In this document: in pieces, positions 10,901 to 19,723 of the stretch | Layout: every line of letters starts with the position of its first letter | Position numbering within the stretch: position 1 is the first letter of the stretch | Source of the DNA: a virus | Lineage: Duplodnaviria > Caudoviricetes | Virus record (IMG/VR): IMGVR_UViG_3300033076_000570 | Span: 1 to 28,871 of that record | Strand: one strand, 5' to 3' | Length of the DNA: 28,871 nt | Notes under the pieces: model-generated | Database searches by the model: none | What the model was told of the DNA's origin: nothing | The model's input: the letters and a program-made list of their open reading frames with translations, nothing else | Translations under genes and position numbers: made by a program

Positions 10901-13900
10901 ACCCGTATCCTGTGCTATGGCAACCCGACAACCTCCACGAAAACCTCCCCAACACTCTCGGCTGGGCGATGATACAGTATAAGACTGGTGCGAAAGGTGA
11001 GAAGATAGCAGTGATAGCGGAGGCACAGAGTAGGTGGGGGCAAACCGTGAGAGAGCAGCAACAAAAAATGGCTGTAAAAGCTACCCTATTAAAAGAATCC
11101 CAACTAGGTAGTAACACCTATGAGGTAATCACTAAAGATGGCAAAACGCACAAAATCAATGGCAAGTCTGAACAGGATGCTGTCAATAAGTATAATAATG
11201 TAGAAGTAAGAATGGGTGTGCCTGAACACCCCCTCCTCCGCGACTACAACCGTCTAATCCTCAAAGCTGCTATCGAACAAGCACGCAAAGAAGGCGCAAC
11301 GCATATCATGGTGAGTGATGCGGAGACTGCGATGATGACGGAAGGGCATGACCTACAGCGTGAAACTGTGGATGTAATAGACCACCTGCCAACTAAAGCA
11401 CAGGCTGAAAAACAGATGGCTAAATACAAAGAACATAATCCAGATAAAGCATATACAATAGAAAAGAGTGACCACAGTAATGAATGGGTAATACGAGAAG
11501 TAGAGGCTAGACCATACCAAGAACCCGGCATGCGTCTCAACTACGACACCATCCTCCAGAAGATAGCAGAAGAACTTACTGGTGTTAAGGGTGAGAAGGT
11601 GAGTCTTGGGGAGCATAAGAATGCGATGGAAGATAAAGAACCAAGAGAGTGGGATGCTGAAAATAACAGAATACAAGCACCCCGCCAAAACCTCATTTTT
11701 AAAAACGCCGACGGCACTCCAAAGACTGACGTCAGCGGAATGATGTATTCATTGGAGAATGCCGTCAAAGAAATCTCGAAACGTGGTGGCATGTCCATTA
11801 CAGGTAAAAAACTTTATAGTGGCATTCCATTCCTAGATCCTGATTTCATCAAATCTACACTTGCTCCAGTTGCTAAAGGTATTGCCAACGTTGTTAACAG
11901 AGGCACATTGAAAATTGCTGGAACAACTGAACGCATTGAAAAAATGCATGGAAAAGAAGGAGAATACATTGCTCCAAGATTTAATGACGTTGCTGCTGAG
12001 CGTGTGAATCTTTATGGAAAATTTGTAAATGGATATGTTGAAGCAGGAGAAAAGTTGTTGTCAACTCCAAAGGAGAAATTGTTTGGAACTTCTAAACAGT
12101 TGGACGAAGCCTTCCAATACATGTATGATATCAATGACTCAGGCAAATCATCCATTACACTAAATCCTGAACAAAAAACATTTGTTGATGAAGTTCGTCG
12201 AATCAATAAACTTGTTCATGAAGAACAACGTCGAGACGGCCCTCTTGTTGGAGGAACTCGCACACCCATCAGTGATCCTAACTGGATATTTGAACGCATT
12301 GACAATAAGGTTACTGATATTATTACACAGCGACCTACTTCAAAAGAAGCAATTGATCTAAAAAGAGACTTCGTTGAATATAGGATGAAACAAGGTTATA
12401 CCGAAGCTGCTGCTATGAAAGAAATGTCAGAAATGTATGCACGTTCCGGTAAGCGTGAAACTCCTAAGTTTAATGCACTTCGCAAAGCTGAAGGACTTGG
12501 TGTTCCTCCATCATGGCGCGAAAAGAATTTCTTCCGTGCCTCTACTGGATATGGACAACGTGCTGCAACTGATTTGGCTTTTTATCGTCACATTGAGAAA
12601 GATCCAACTGCGCGTGCAATCATGGACTTGAGCAATGATAATGCACTAAAGGCCGCAAAAACTTGGGACGATGGAACTCCTATTCAAAAGCTATCTACAG
12701 TTGATGATATTCGTTCTATCATGGACGAACTCACAAACAACTTTACACGCGAAGATACTAAACTACAAGCTACTCAAAAAGCTGTAAAGGCTGGTTGGCT
12801 GCAAGCTCCTGCTGGTATTCGTGATGCAATTACTGCTCCATTCATTGCAATGGAAAGTTTGCATGTTTCTGAAATTCCTAAGCTATTTCAAGCTCTTGGA
12901 TATATTGGAGAAGGTTATCGAAAAGGAATTGAAGGCGGCGTAATTCGTAAGAATCAAGCATCTGTCCAAGAGATCTTTCGTGGAACTGATGGATTTACTG
13001 ATATTGTTGATAGCCTTGTTAAAGGAACTACGAAAATTTCTGGACGCGAACATCTTGAACGTTTGAGTCGTTCTTATATTCGTGCTCTTGGTGGTCTCGT
13101 TGCTGAATCTAGAATGGCTGCTGGCGATACTGCATTCTTTGATAAATTTGGAATGCATGGTTGGGCTGATATTGCCAAAACACCAGAGGGTCGCAATAAA
13201 GTTATTGATTGGGCTGCTGATAGGTTCACTGAAAACAAACAAGGAACTTATGATTATCGCGGACTTCCTTCAATTGCACGTGAAGGTTGGCCGGGAGCAC
13301 TACTCTCAATGAGTAAGTGGAGCATCGAAAGATTTAACAATTGGCGAAACAATGTTATGCCGGAATTGAAGAAGGGAAATGTTGAACCCTTGTTTATGTC
13401 TATGGTTGGTGCTGCAACTGCAGGACTACTTGTTCAACAATTCAACTCTCTTGTGCAAAAATCAAAACCTCAAAACATGACTGTTTCTGAATGGATGGGG
13501 CTTGATGATGTTGACAAAGACGAGACTGCACTAATGCTATTTAGTATTGCAAATGCTGGTGGTTTTGCTGGCATTCTTTCTGGAATCTCCCATGATATGC
13601 TAAGTGCAACTATGGGTGGACAGCCTCTTGGTTATTCTATTCCAGTTGCTCAATCTATTGGAGACAACTCAATGGATCTTTTCAAATGGATTCAAGCTAA
13701 GTCTAATGGAGAAGATCCCAAGTTCATAGATTTTATCTGGGAACGTTTGAAGGATAACATTCAAAATATTCGCGCAGCAGCAAACATTGCACAAGGCGCA
13801 GATGAACGGCAACTTGCTGACATGAAGCGTGACTATAAATTGTATAAGCGGGATGTTGATGATGTTGTTCCACCAATGGTTGCTGGAAATCCATATGTTG

Positions 13901-14250
13901 GAAATCAAGAACAACGTTTCCGTCAAGCCAAAACTCAAAAAGAAATGGAACAAATTCTTCGTGATGAAATTCTTCCGAAGTTTGAAGAACAGACTAAAGG
14001 TTCTTTTATGAAAATGAAAGAAGCCCTTGAAGGATTAAAGCAAGGTAACGAAAGAATTGGGCCTTCCCTAAAGACAAAAGAATCTATAGAGAAGGCCCGT
14101 GAATATAAAAACTATATTGAAAAATCTCAAGGTGCCGGAGCACGCTGGAATCTGAATAAAGAAATGGAAGAAGAAATGCGATTGGACAAAATCCGAAATT
14201 ACTTGATTGATCGGGAGATTAAGAAATATAAATACTCCAAAGTAAATTAA
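7903..14250 (+). CDS. Giant (2115 aa) internal virion / DNA ejection polyvalent-type protein
   Basis: Last gene of the structural arm. Hydrophobic Gly/Ala segments near both ends, C-terminal QGTYDY..LP..AR.G motif, and a central domain with distinct base composition. Confidence 0.7.
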   Translation: MPLELIPVDSQSPLTGNKLELIPAEEEQKKKRAALEAEMTAVKAEGKKTGLKSDAITIFDDFIATPAIDAGAWPFSVPRIAQDLIEKTGLPVGPKMPYISELVQPDSPAQKSFLSPEVISEGIKDIFREPLHKNRNLETTEDMTPEQRREMRAAQMLNQQVFGNIVARGGVIAEPKAPLDTLALTPEGIKNRFISGAADEVGHTIASFATPFNIGLLPVTGPAMATKAAVQTAAKVIFGLLGSDIASEGAKNVVEGVQEGSPEKIGAGAVQLPVGGTMVLPSFLNPKTQKTGAKPSEVPDAHVLERDIQQAEQAAKPQAPKQEVATKTITELWNENADLLKVANETKGEIGKAAKDLEKKAKALKELGIEIDPEQIAPEAVEIGTKKISQKLSEREATTNLAPEKTGEHIAPDFLATRPELTTAEKAQLDKLRSINVDELSKADKNTLLELEKIEKEAGTFFVEDKELLAAVKEHAPELLEKDRYAPGPGAAPVTDRQLMVNIRREMNQRFGQEWAPPHEAGFENKTFDAIKAEKAKRDAEFEAARAQKVAQDQALPEQPAQKPLTQNQLNITQESLRKEIEKNQITGRPPEGGKLYSNPIFEPGFWKLPIENMKKLVIDFLMSNKGTSGEKWKARELLNEINAEIKRQSGLKRMEPDAFNEQMRKMRETLGIKEEPPKQNLENQQPGVKEETHKTDDLGFENQSDTTKTTPVAGSSPTFDKSGQGQLLSDPFLVQSTVNAAKKLKEHFTKDDDSFGYKAVGAMNAPAEKLRLTPDKDGRYTTEQLVARLENILPPFETSIFKDTGVFDKIKAVGSKVSPDEVKRIISENAPKVEVHSYGMEGKVSEAKKEYDRMTHEWYDNLKPEHRDVVDIANPVLLDNPKGFFLHKDFTEKNATLAEKYIKLRNQIELNPEPHDTSPRATSAYDTVSALPTNEPMPDWTTSKEGKNVQRVDVVIPNKKSLTYDEYLKKNNLQHSDELMDRWHRPLNTPEGLRQKDTDPYPVLWQPDNLHENLPNTLGWAMIQYKTGAKGEKIAVIAEAQSRWGQTVREQQQKMAVKATLLKESQLGSNTYEVITKDGKTHKINGKSEQDAVNKYNNVEVRMGVPEHPLLRDYNRLILKAAIEQARKEGATHIMVSDAETAMMTEGHDLQRETVDVIDHLPTKAQAEKQMAKYKEHNPDKAYTIEKSDHSNEWVIREVEARPYQEPGMRLNYDTILQKIAEELTGVKGEKVSLGEHKNAMEDKEPREWDAENNRIQAPRQNLIFKNADGTPKTDVSGMMYSLENAVKEISKRGGMSITGKKLYSGIPFLDPDFIKSTLAPVAKGIANVVNRGTLKIAGTTERIEKMHGKEGEYIAPRFNDVAAERVNLYGKFVNGYVEAGEKLLSTPKEKLFGTSKQLDEAFQYMYDINDSGKSSITLNPEQKTFVDEVRRINKLVHEEQRRDGPLVGGTRTPISDPNWIFERIDNKVTDIITQRPTSKEAIDLKRDFVEYRMKQGYTEAAAMKEMSEMYARSGKRETPKFNALRKAEGLGVPPSWREKNFFRASTGYGQRAATDLAFYRHIEKDPTARAIMDLSNDNALKAAKTWDDGTPIQKLSTVDDIRSIMDELTNNFTREDTKLQATQKAVKAGWLQAPAGIRDAITAPFIAMESLHVSEIPKLFQALGYIGEGYRKGIEGGVIRKNQASVQEIFRGTDGFTDIVDSLVKGTTKISGREHLERLSRSYIRALGGLVAESRMAAGDTAFFDKFGMHGWADIAKTPEGRNKVIDWAADRFTENKQGTYDYRGLPSIAREGWPGALLSMSKWSIERFNNWRNNVMPELKKGNVEPLFMSMVGAATAGLLVQQFNSLVQKSKPQNMTVSEWMGLDDVDKDETALMLFSIANAGGFAGILSGISHDMLSATMGGQPLGYSIPVAQSIGDNSMDLFKWIQAKSNGEDPKFIDFIWERLKDNIQNIRAAANIAQGADERQLADMKRDYKLYKRDVDDVVPPMVAGNPYVGNQEQRFRQAKTQKEMEQILRDEILPKFEEQTKGSFMKMKEALEGLKQGNERIGPSLKTKESIEKAREYKNYIEKSQGAGARWNLNKEMEEEMRLDKIRNYLIDREIKKYKYSKVN

Positions 14251-14492
14251 ATTTCAATCTGTTTTTGCACAACCTTATCAAACTCCATCTTCCAATCATT
14301 TAGAATCCATTCTAAATCTTCTGGAGTAATATCTGTGCATCCTACAGATATAAGATTTCTCCTGTATTTAACAGTTACATTTTCTCCATTGTGAAGAATT
14401 CTTCCGTCTTTAACAGAGATTAAAATTCTCTTAATATCAGATATTTTAGGAGGTTCAGATATTTTAGGAGGTTTGGGTAAATCAGTAACCAT
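14247..14492 (-). CDS. Hypothetical protein
   Basis: 81-aa ORF packed after the dNMP kinase; its stop overlaps the giant ORF stop (TTAA). Confidence 0.65.
   Translation of the reverse strand: MVTDLPKPPKISEPPKISDIKRILISVKDGRILHNGENVTVKYRRNLISVGCTDITPEDLEWILNDWKMEFDKVVQKQIEI
14437..14472. repeat. Perfect 18-bp tandem duplication (TCAGATATTTTAGGAGGT x2)
   Basis: Seen directly; encodes PPKISE/PPKISD on the - strand. Confidence 0.95.
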
Positions 14493-14497
14493 AATTT

Positions 14498-15058
14498 TTA
14501 ATCTTTCTCTGTAAAGAAACCGAGTTGTTCCATGATTTTATCTATCATCTCATAGAGAGAAGATAAGTCTCCAGTGTTATTGATCACATAATCATACTGC
14601 TCTGGAGGAATTGAATCTAGTGCTGTTTCTGATGAATGAGAACTGCCATTTCCATTAATGGATTGGGGCCGCTCAATCTTAATCAAAACTCCATTGTTCA
14701 ATCGAATCGCACCCAATTCATTTGGAAATCGAACATCCGTAATCACATAGTTATGGAGTGTTTGTTTTGCTAGCTGATCTAGCTGGAGACGCCGCACCCA
14801 AAAGTCATCTCCGAACAAAGAGCGCATCCCTACTCCAAACTTCTGTAAAGCTTCCCTTGGAGTTATGCCGAAACGAGGATCAACTTCTTCTTTGAAATCT
14901 TGATCTTCTAACTGTGCTTCCTTAAAATTAAAAGCTACAGCGGCAGATTGTTTAACCAAGTCTGCAAATGCTTTACGTTTGAATCCATAGTTGCTACGAA
15001 TGTATGCACCTACGGTATCCTTACCTACAAGTTTTTTTCCGCAAAGTCCGATAATCAT
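14498..15058 (-). CDS. Deoxynucleoside monophosphate kinase
   Basis: MIIGLCGKKLVGKDT P-loop, AFADLVK, TPREALQKFG, VITDVRFPNE, HSSE, INNTG motifs. Confidence 0.93.
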   Translation of the reverse strand: MIIGLCGKKLVGKDTVGAYIRSNYGFKRKAFADLVKQSAAVAFNFKEAQLEDQDFKEEVDPRFGITPREALQKFGVGMRSLFGDDFWVRRLQLDQLAKQTLHNYVITDVRFPNELGAIRLNNGVLIKIERPQSINGNGSSHSSETALDSIPPEQYDYVINNTGDLSSLYEMIDKIMEQLGFFTEKD

Positions 15059-15061
15059 AAT

Positions 15062-16282
15062 TCAATCCTTTGTCCTAATGTAACCAATTACTCCATGTTC
15101 ATTGTGTGCTGTTATTTGTTGTGTATCTTGAAGAAAATTCAAAGCGGCATCAATCTCTTCTCTAGTTCCATGCTGGAAGAATTCCAGAATAACCAACTTC
15201 TGTGGTGTAAAAGCTCCATTGTTTTTGTCGAGGAATACTTTGATAGCTTCTGCTATATTTGCAATGTTGTTCTTTGCGCCGCCATGCAATGCTTTGTGCA
15301 TCTCTAGTTCTGTCTCAGCCAAAATTTTAAGTGCTCTTTGACATGCATCCATTGTAATTGTCATGGATGTTGACTCTGAGAAGTGAACTGCCATTGCAAG
15401 TTTTTTAACATGGAGTTTCTTACGACCATAATAGTGTTCCAGTTTCTTGTCATTATTAACTGGCTTGTCACTATTCTTTAGATACCAATCCGTAAGAAAT
15501 CCCGAAACATCAGGAGGAACTATTACAGGGCCAAACAATTTTGTAAGTTGTTCAATGTGAGAACGAATGTTATTATACTCACGCTTCTGATCTTCTGTAT
15601 ATTTAATTTCGTCACGAAGATATCGTTTCTTATCACCATAAACAAATATAGTTCGTGACGAAAAACCTTCGCCAAGAATTTGAGAAGAATAAGTTCTGTG
15701 CATCCATTCTGGAGTTGCTGCTCCAAGCATTGTAATACACATATTCTTAATCATGTCAATGCCTTGAGTTTTTGTTTCTCGATGATAGTCACCACACTCC
15801 CAACCTTCTGTAAGAAACACAACAAGATCATGTGTCTTTTCCCGAATCAATGCACCTAATTCGTTACCGATAAAGAATGCAAGTGGAGATGACGTATAAA
15901 CTGCACCAGGCTTTTTTCCAAAGGATGCTGGATATTGAACAATTGTATAATTGGTATGAAGGTATCTTGTTAATCCTTCAAGAGTGACGGAAGACGGGCC
16001 AGTTTTAATTAGAGACTTTGGCCGTTGCTTTTCATCAAATCCGTCAAATGATTTGAACAATGCTTTAGCATCACCAGCTGCTAGTGTTTTACCTGATGCT
16101 GGAGGCCCAATAAATATTACGAATTGATTTGGATAAATATCCTTAGAGTTTTGCTCTTGCTCTCCCCACCATACACGTCGCTGCAATGCAGCACTAATCA
16201 TTACGTAAAATGTCCAATTGATAAATTGGTCGGGACTTTCATAATCTTTAGTATAATAACGCCAACGTTCGAAGTTTGTCAT
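15062..16282 (-). CDS. P-loop ATPase, DUF3987-like putative replicative helicase
   Basis: ESP..F..W, Walker A GPPASGKT, MLGAATPEW, GFSSR; coupled to the polymerase by ATGA overlap. Confidence 0.7.
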   Translation of the reverse strand: MTNFERWRYYTKDYESPDQFINWTFYVMISAALQRRVWWGEQEQNSKDIYPNQFVIFIGPPASGKTLAAGDAKALFKSFDGFDEKQRPKSLIKTGPSSVTLEGLTRYLHTNYTIVQYPASFGKKPGAVYTSSPLAFFIGNELGALIREKTHDLVVFLTEGWECGDYHRETKTQGIDMIKNMCITMLGAATPEWMHRTYSSQILGEGFSSRTIFVYGDKKRYLRDEIKYTEDQKREYNNIRSHIEQLTKLFGPVIVPPDVSGFLTDWYLKNSDKPVNNDKKLEHYYGRKKLHVKKLAMAVHFSESTSMTITMDACQRALKILAETELEMHKALHGGAKNNIANIAEAIKVFLDKNNGAFTPQKLVILEFFQHGTREEIDAALNFLQDTQQITAHNEHGVIGYIRTKD

Positions 16283-18747
16283 TTAATATCCTTCCAATTT
16301 AATCCAACACCAATGTCTGCACCCATCTTAAATGTCTCACCTTTCTCTGTTGTAAATTCACGTTGCATTGCTGCAAGAACAATAGGTTTAACTTCATCAA
16401 CTCTATCACGCGGACATTCCACTAACAGTGAATCGTGATTGTTTTGTTCTACTGCTACTCCAACCAATTCACCATTATCTATTTTCTTTTGCAAATCAAT
16501 AAATGCTAAGTGTGTAATGCATGCTACAGTAGAAGCTGGAACCCATGAATATGCATCTTTGATAACATTGTTATCTTGCAATGAACCATTGAAGAATCGT
16601 GGATAACCAAAGAGGTTACGCAACGTTCTATCCTTTTTCAATTGATCTCGAACTAATCCATTCCATTGTTTAACTTCTGGAAAAATTTCATGGTAAGTTC
16701 CAAGAAATCTAACACCACTTGCATAAGGAATAACAACTTCACCCTCAGACTTATCCATTGTATTCATTATGAATTCTTGTGCACCAACGTCGTAATTTGC
16801 GCTGTGACATGTCTGCTTTGCCATGTAATAAAAACGCTTTGATGGAATGTCATCATCTGTTTTCTTAATTGCAGCTTCAAGTTCTTTCCATCCAGGAATT
16901 TGCTTGATCTGTGGAATCTCTGCAACTAAAACCATGTTAATGCAGTCATGTCCTAGTTCCTTCCAATGCTTATGGAATAGATGTGCTGCAACATACGTGT
17001 GTGGTTTGATTCCATGTTGGAAAAGTTGACGCAATCTACCTGCTGGTGCTATGCATGAAACAATAAATGCATCAGCACCTTTTTGATCACACTGCAAGAA
17101 TACATTATTCTTTCTGTCAAAGGGAACTATTAAGTGACGTATTCTATCCTTGTTCCAATTTTGTAGGTTTGTGCCATAACCTTTAAATGCTGGAATACCT
17201 CCCGGCATTGCACTACGAGACATAAGTGCTCTGCTCGCGAGACGAAACGGTTTTGTTCCCGTTGGAAGATATGCACAAGTCACAACTCCGTCACGCTGCC
17301 AATGCTGAAATCCAAGTTGGCCGCGTTCCCTACTCCAACGACGCAATGCAAGAATAACTTTTACAGAAGGTATATCATGCTGCAAAGCAATCTTATACAT
17401 TTGACGCTTTCCAGTCAATGAAATGTTCTTACCCTTTGGTTTTTCAAGATGTAACATATCATATAGATAACCTGCAACTTGTTGTGGAGAACGTGGGTTC
17501 AAAGGAAAACCACACAACTTAGGAAGAACCCGTGACTCAAAGAATGTAATTCTCTTGTTTAAGTTATCAATATGTTTGCACAGCAAATCGTTATCTAATG
17601 CCAATCCGCGCATCATCATTGTTAGATACGGACGAATTGACATATTAACTTGATCCATTGATGACAAGGCGCCCTTCCGTGCGCCTTCGGCTAAGAGCCA
17701 TGTGTGGATTTGTGCAAGCCTTTCAACATCTTTTGCATTGTATTGTAGAAGTTTGGTTTCTTGCAAAGAGTTGGTTGGATTGAAATGACCTTCATCCTTG
17801 TGATAGATTTCGTGTGTGGCAATAGAGATAACATGCCCGAGAGATTTTTCAACTTCACAGTGTAGCCTATGGAACATTGACATTGTGCAATGAATCTTGT
17901 CTATGGGTGGCGGTGGAATTTTATACTTCCACATCATCACAAACAAGTCGAACAATGCATTATGAATTACAAGTGTATTGTGCTGAAATAAACCTGCGAC
18001 CGCTTTAAGTAATTTAGCGGTGGTTGAAACGTCATATACGTTTTGCCATTTGTAGTTGATAAGATTGATACAGAAAACTTCAGAGGCAGAGTTGCTGACA
18101 GCGAAACAAGTAATTTGCTGAGTTGTAGGTTCCGTTTCAATGTCAAAGTAAATGAACCTGCCCCGTTGTAGACTACACCAATGAATGAATTCATCAGTGT
18201 TGGGTTGGATTCTATAAGAGCAAGAATTTGGTTTATATCCTTGCTTACTGATTTCAACTGCTTTACGTATATCTTGCGCAAACCAAAACCTGTAATTCTT
18301 CCTAGCAGTTCTTCCTCTGTCTTTTGAATCACCTTCCTCGCCTTCGCTATCTGTTTCTTCTTCCTGCTCTCCCGTGCCATATTGTGTGTTGAGTGTTGCT
18401 TCATAATTTTTTATGTCGTGTGTATCTTGTGGAAAGTATGTAGGTATGTAAACTATTCCGTCACGTAAGTAGCATCCTCCCCTGACATTATCAAGGTTCT
18501 TATCATAAAGTCCAATGGAAGCAAGACAACGCTCGCCACACAACAAGACAACACGAGTGTCAGGTAGAAAAGAACTTTTATCATCAAGCACGCGTATATC
18601 GCAAGCGTATCTTGAAGCTGGTTTGAGAGCTTGTTCAAAGGAATAAGATACTGTTCCAGATATTAGCTGGTTCAGATCGAATCGTGATGGATTTTGAAGA
18701 ACGACAGAGATGCCGTTATACTTTAGGACAGGTGGATGCCGCAACAT
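16279..18747 (-). CDS. polA: Family A DNA polymerase with 3'-5' exonuclease and N-terminal degenerate UDG-like domain
   Basis: Exonuclease motifs FDIET, HNALFD, YNAKD; polymerase motifs NLQN, A (QCDQKGAD), B (AKQTCHSANY), C (HDS); N-terminal VVLLCGE...RG...IPTYFP. Confidence 0.9.
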   Translation of the reverse strand: MLRHPPVLKYNGISVVLQNPSRFDLNQLISGTVSYSFEQALKPASRYACDIRVLDDKSSFLPDTRVVLLCGERCLASIGLYDKNLDNVRGGCYLRDGIVYIPTYFPQDTHDIKNYEATLNTQYGTGEQEEETDSEGEEGDSKDRGRTARKNYRFWFAQDIRKAVEISKQGYKPNSCSYRIQPNTDEFIHWCSLQRGRFIYFDIETEPTTQQITCFAVSNSASEVFCINLINYKWQNVYDVSTTAKLLKAVAGLFQHNTLVIHNALFDLFVMMWKYKIPPPPIDKIHCTMSMFHRLHCEVEKSLGHVISIATHEIYHKDEGHFNPTNSLQETKLLQYNAKDVERLAQIHTWLLAEGARKGALSSMDQVNMSIRPYLTMMMRGLALDNDLLCKHIDNLNKRITFFESRVLPKLCGFPLNPRSPQQVAGYLYDMLHLEKPKGKNISLTGKRQMYKIALQHDIPSVKVILALRRWSRERGQLGFQHWQRDGVVTCAYLPTGTKPFRLASRALMSRSAMPGGIPAFKGYGTNLQNWNKDRIRHLIVPFDRKNNVFLQCDQKGADAFIVSCIAPAGRLRQLFQHGIKPHTYVAAHLFHKHWKELGHDCINMVLVAEIPQIKQIPGWKELEAAIKKTDDDIPSKRFYYMAKQTCHSANYDVGAQEFIMNTMDKSEGEVVIPYASGVRFLGTYHEIFPEVKQWNGLVRDQLKKDRTLRNLFGYPRFFNGSLQDNNVIKDAYSWVPASTVACITHLAFIDLQKKIDNGELVGVAVEQNNHDSLLVECPRDRVDEVKPIVLAAMQREFTTEKGETFKMGADIGVGLNWKDIK

Positions 18748-18760
18748 TTGATTTGAATTT

Positions 18761-18802
18761 TTAAGTAATCTGTGTGCAGAAATTTACACACAGATTAGTT
18801 AA
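18761..18802 (-). terminator. Intergenic stem-loop upstream of polA (terminator, attenuator or processing site)
   Basis: TAATCTGTGTG (18766-18776) pairs with CACACAGATTA (18787-18797), extendable by G-U and outer TTAA pairs; no clean U-tract. Confidence 0.5.
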
Positions 18803-18806
18803 TTAC

Positions 18807-19079
18807 TCAAACTTTTGGATTTGTCTCAAGAATCTTAACCGGAGTTGACTTAGGAATTTCAAGAGAGAAAATCTTATCAAGAGTTTCTTGACTTGTATCA
18901 CCAGCTTCAAGCTTTGCCTCAAGCGGATTGATTTCCCGTTGAACAAAGATGAATGGATTCATGCCAGGTTTTCCAACCAAAGCCATTGCTGATTTTTTGA
19001 GTTCTTCAAGTTTAACTTTAGCTTTAGCAACTTGTTCACCAGGTTTATTAATTGTAGGTTTGTTAGGAATGTCTGCCAT
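18807..19079 (-). CDS. Hypothetical protein
   Basis: 90-aa ORF with typical codon usage and an A-rich leader. Confidence 0.75.
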   Translation of the reverse strand: MADIPNKPTINKPGEQVAKAKVKLEELKKSAMALVGKPGMNPFIFVQREINPLEAKLEAGDTSQETLDKIFSLEIPKSTPVKILETNPKV

Positions 19080-19103
19080 ATACTTTTATGTTCTAAACTA
19101 AAT

Positions 19104-19130
19104 ATGAGAGTGAGGCTCATTCACTCTCAT
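19104..19130 (-). terminator. Probable intrinsic terminator after the SSB gene
   Basis: Perfect 10-bp inverted repeat ATGAGAGTGA/TCACTCTCAT with 7-nt loop, followed on the - strand by ATTTAGTTT. A second 7-bp hairpin lies at 19153-19172. Confidence 0.6.
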
Positions 19131-19176
19131 GGGTTTTACATAATGGCCTATGTTTGTTCTGCCCTGAACAAATTGT

Positions 19177-19659
19177 TTAAGGAACCATCACACGCTCAAC
19201 ACTGCGCTGGAAGAACGTAAGAGGCTTACCATTGGCAGGATTAATGATGGGTTGTTTCTCATCATTAAGCTGCGTCTTTTCTTCACTGGAACAGAGTGCC
19301 CAAAAACTAAGACCAGTATAGCTAACACCAACAGGCTTGCCAGTCTCAGGATCAATCTCAGGCGGCCACGGAATATCACACGCTTTATGAATTGCTTCAA
19401 GCGTAGGATTAACAGGCTGTCCAGTTTTCTTATCTTCAAACTGCGTAGCCCAGAGAGTGAACTCTGCACCAGCAATTTCGCGTTCCGTTCCATCAATAGT
19501 CTTCTTCTCAGGTTCCACAAGTTCCAGCTTAAAAACAAGCATAGGATTCTTCTTTTGTGACAACTTAAACTCAGGCTCTTCTTGAATCTTGAGTTTGTAG
19601 GTGTCACGCGGAATCCGAAGTGGAGCCGAGGGAGCAGTTGATGTTAGTGTATTACTCAT
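19177..19659 (-). CDS. Putative single-stranded DNA-binding protein (DUF669-like OB fold)
   Basis: IPRDTYKLKI..EFKLSQKKNPMLVFKLELV pattern; downstream of the Sak4-like and Cas4-like genes. Confidence 0.65.
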   Translation of the reverse strand: MSNTLTSTAPSAPLRIPRDTYKLKIQEEPEFKLSQKKNPMLVFKLELVEPEKKTIDGTEREIAGAEFTLWATQFEDKKTGQPVNPTLEAIHKACDIPWPPEIDPETGKPVGVSYTGLSFWALCSSEEKTQLNDEKQPIINPANGKPLTFFQRSVERVMVP

Positions 19660-19713
19660 TGTATTTTGTTGTTTTGTTTGTTGTTTTGTTTGTATTCTTC
19701 CGCGCTCGCGGAG
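19660..19713 (-). promoter_or_regulatory. 5' leader: GC hairpin followed by a CAA-rich unstructured tract
   Basis: - strand reads CTCCGCGAGCGCGGAAG AATACAAACAAAACAACAAACAAAACAACAAAATACA ATG; no Shine-Dalgarno sequence. Confidence 0.55.
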
Positions 19714-19723
19714 AAATTGTTAA

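Noticed and set aside
992-14011. Numerous antisense and alternate-frame ORFs within the structural genes
   Set aside because: Fully nested in long, codon-biased genes, with no motifs or start context.
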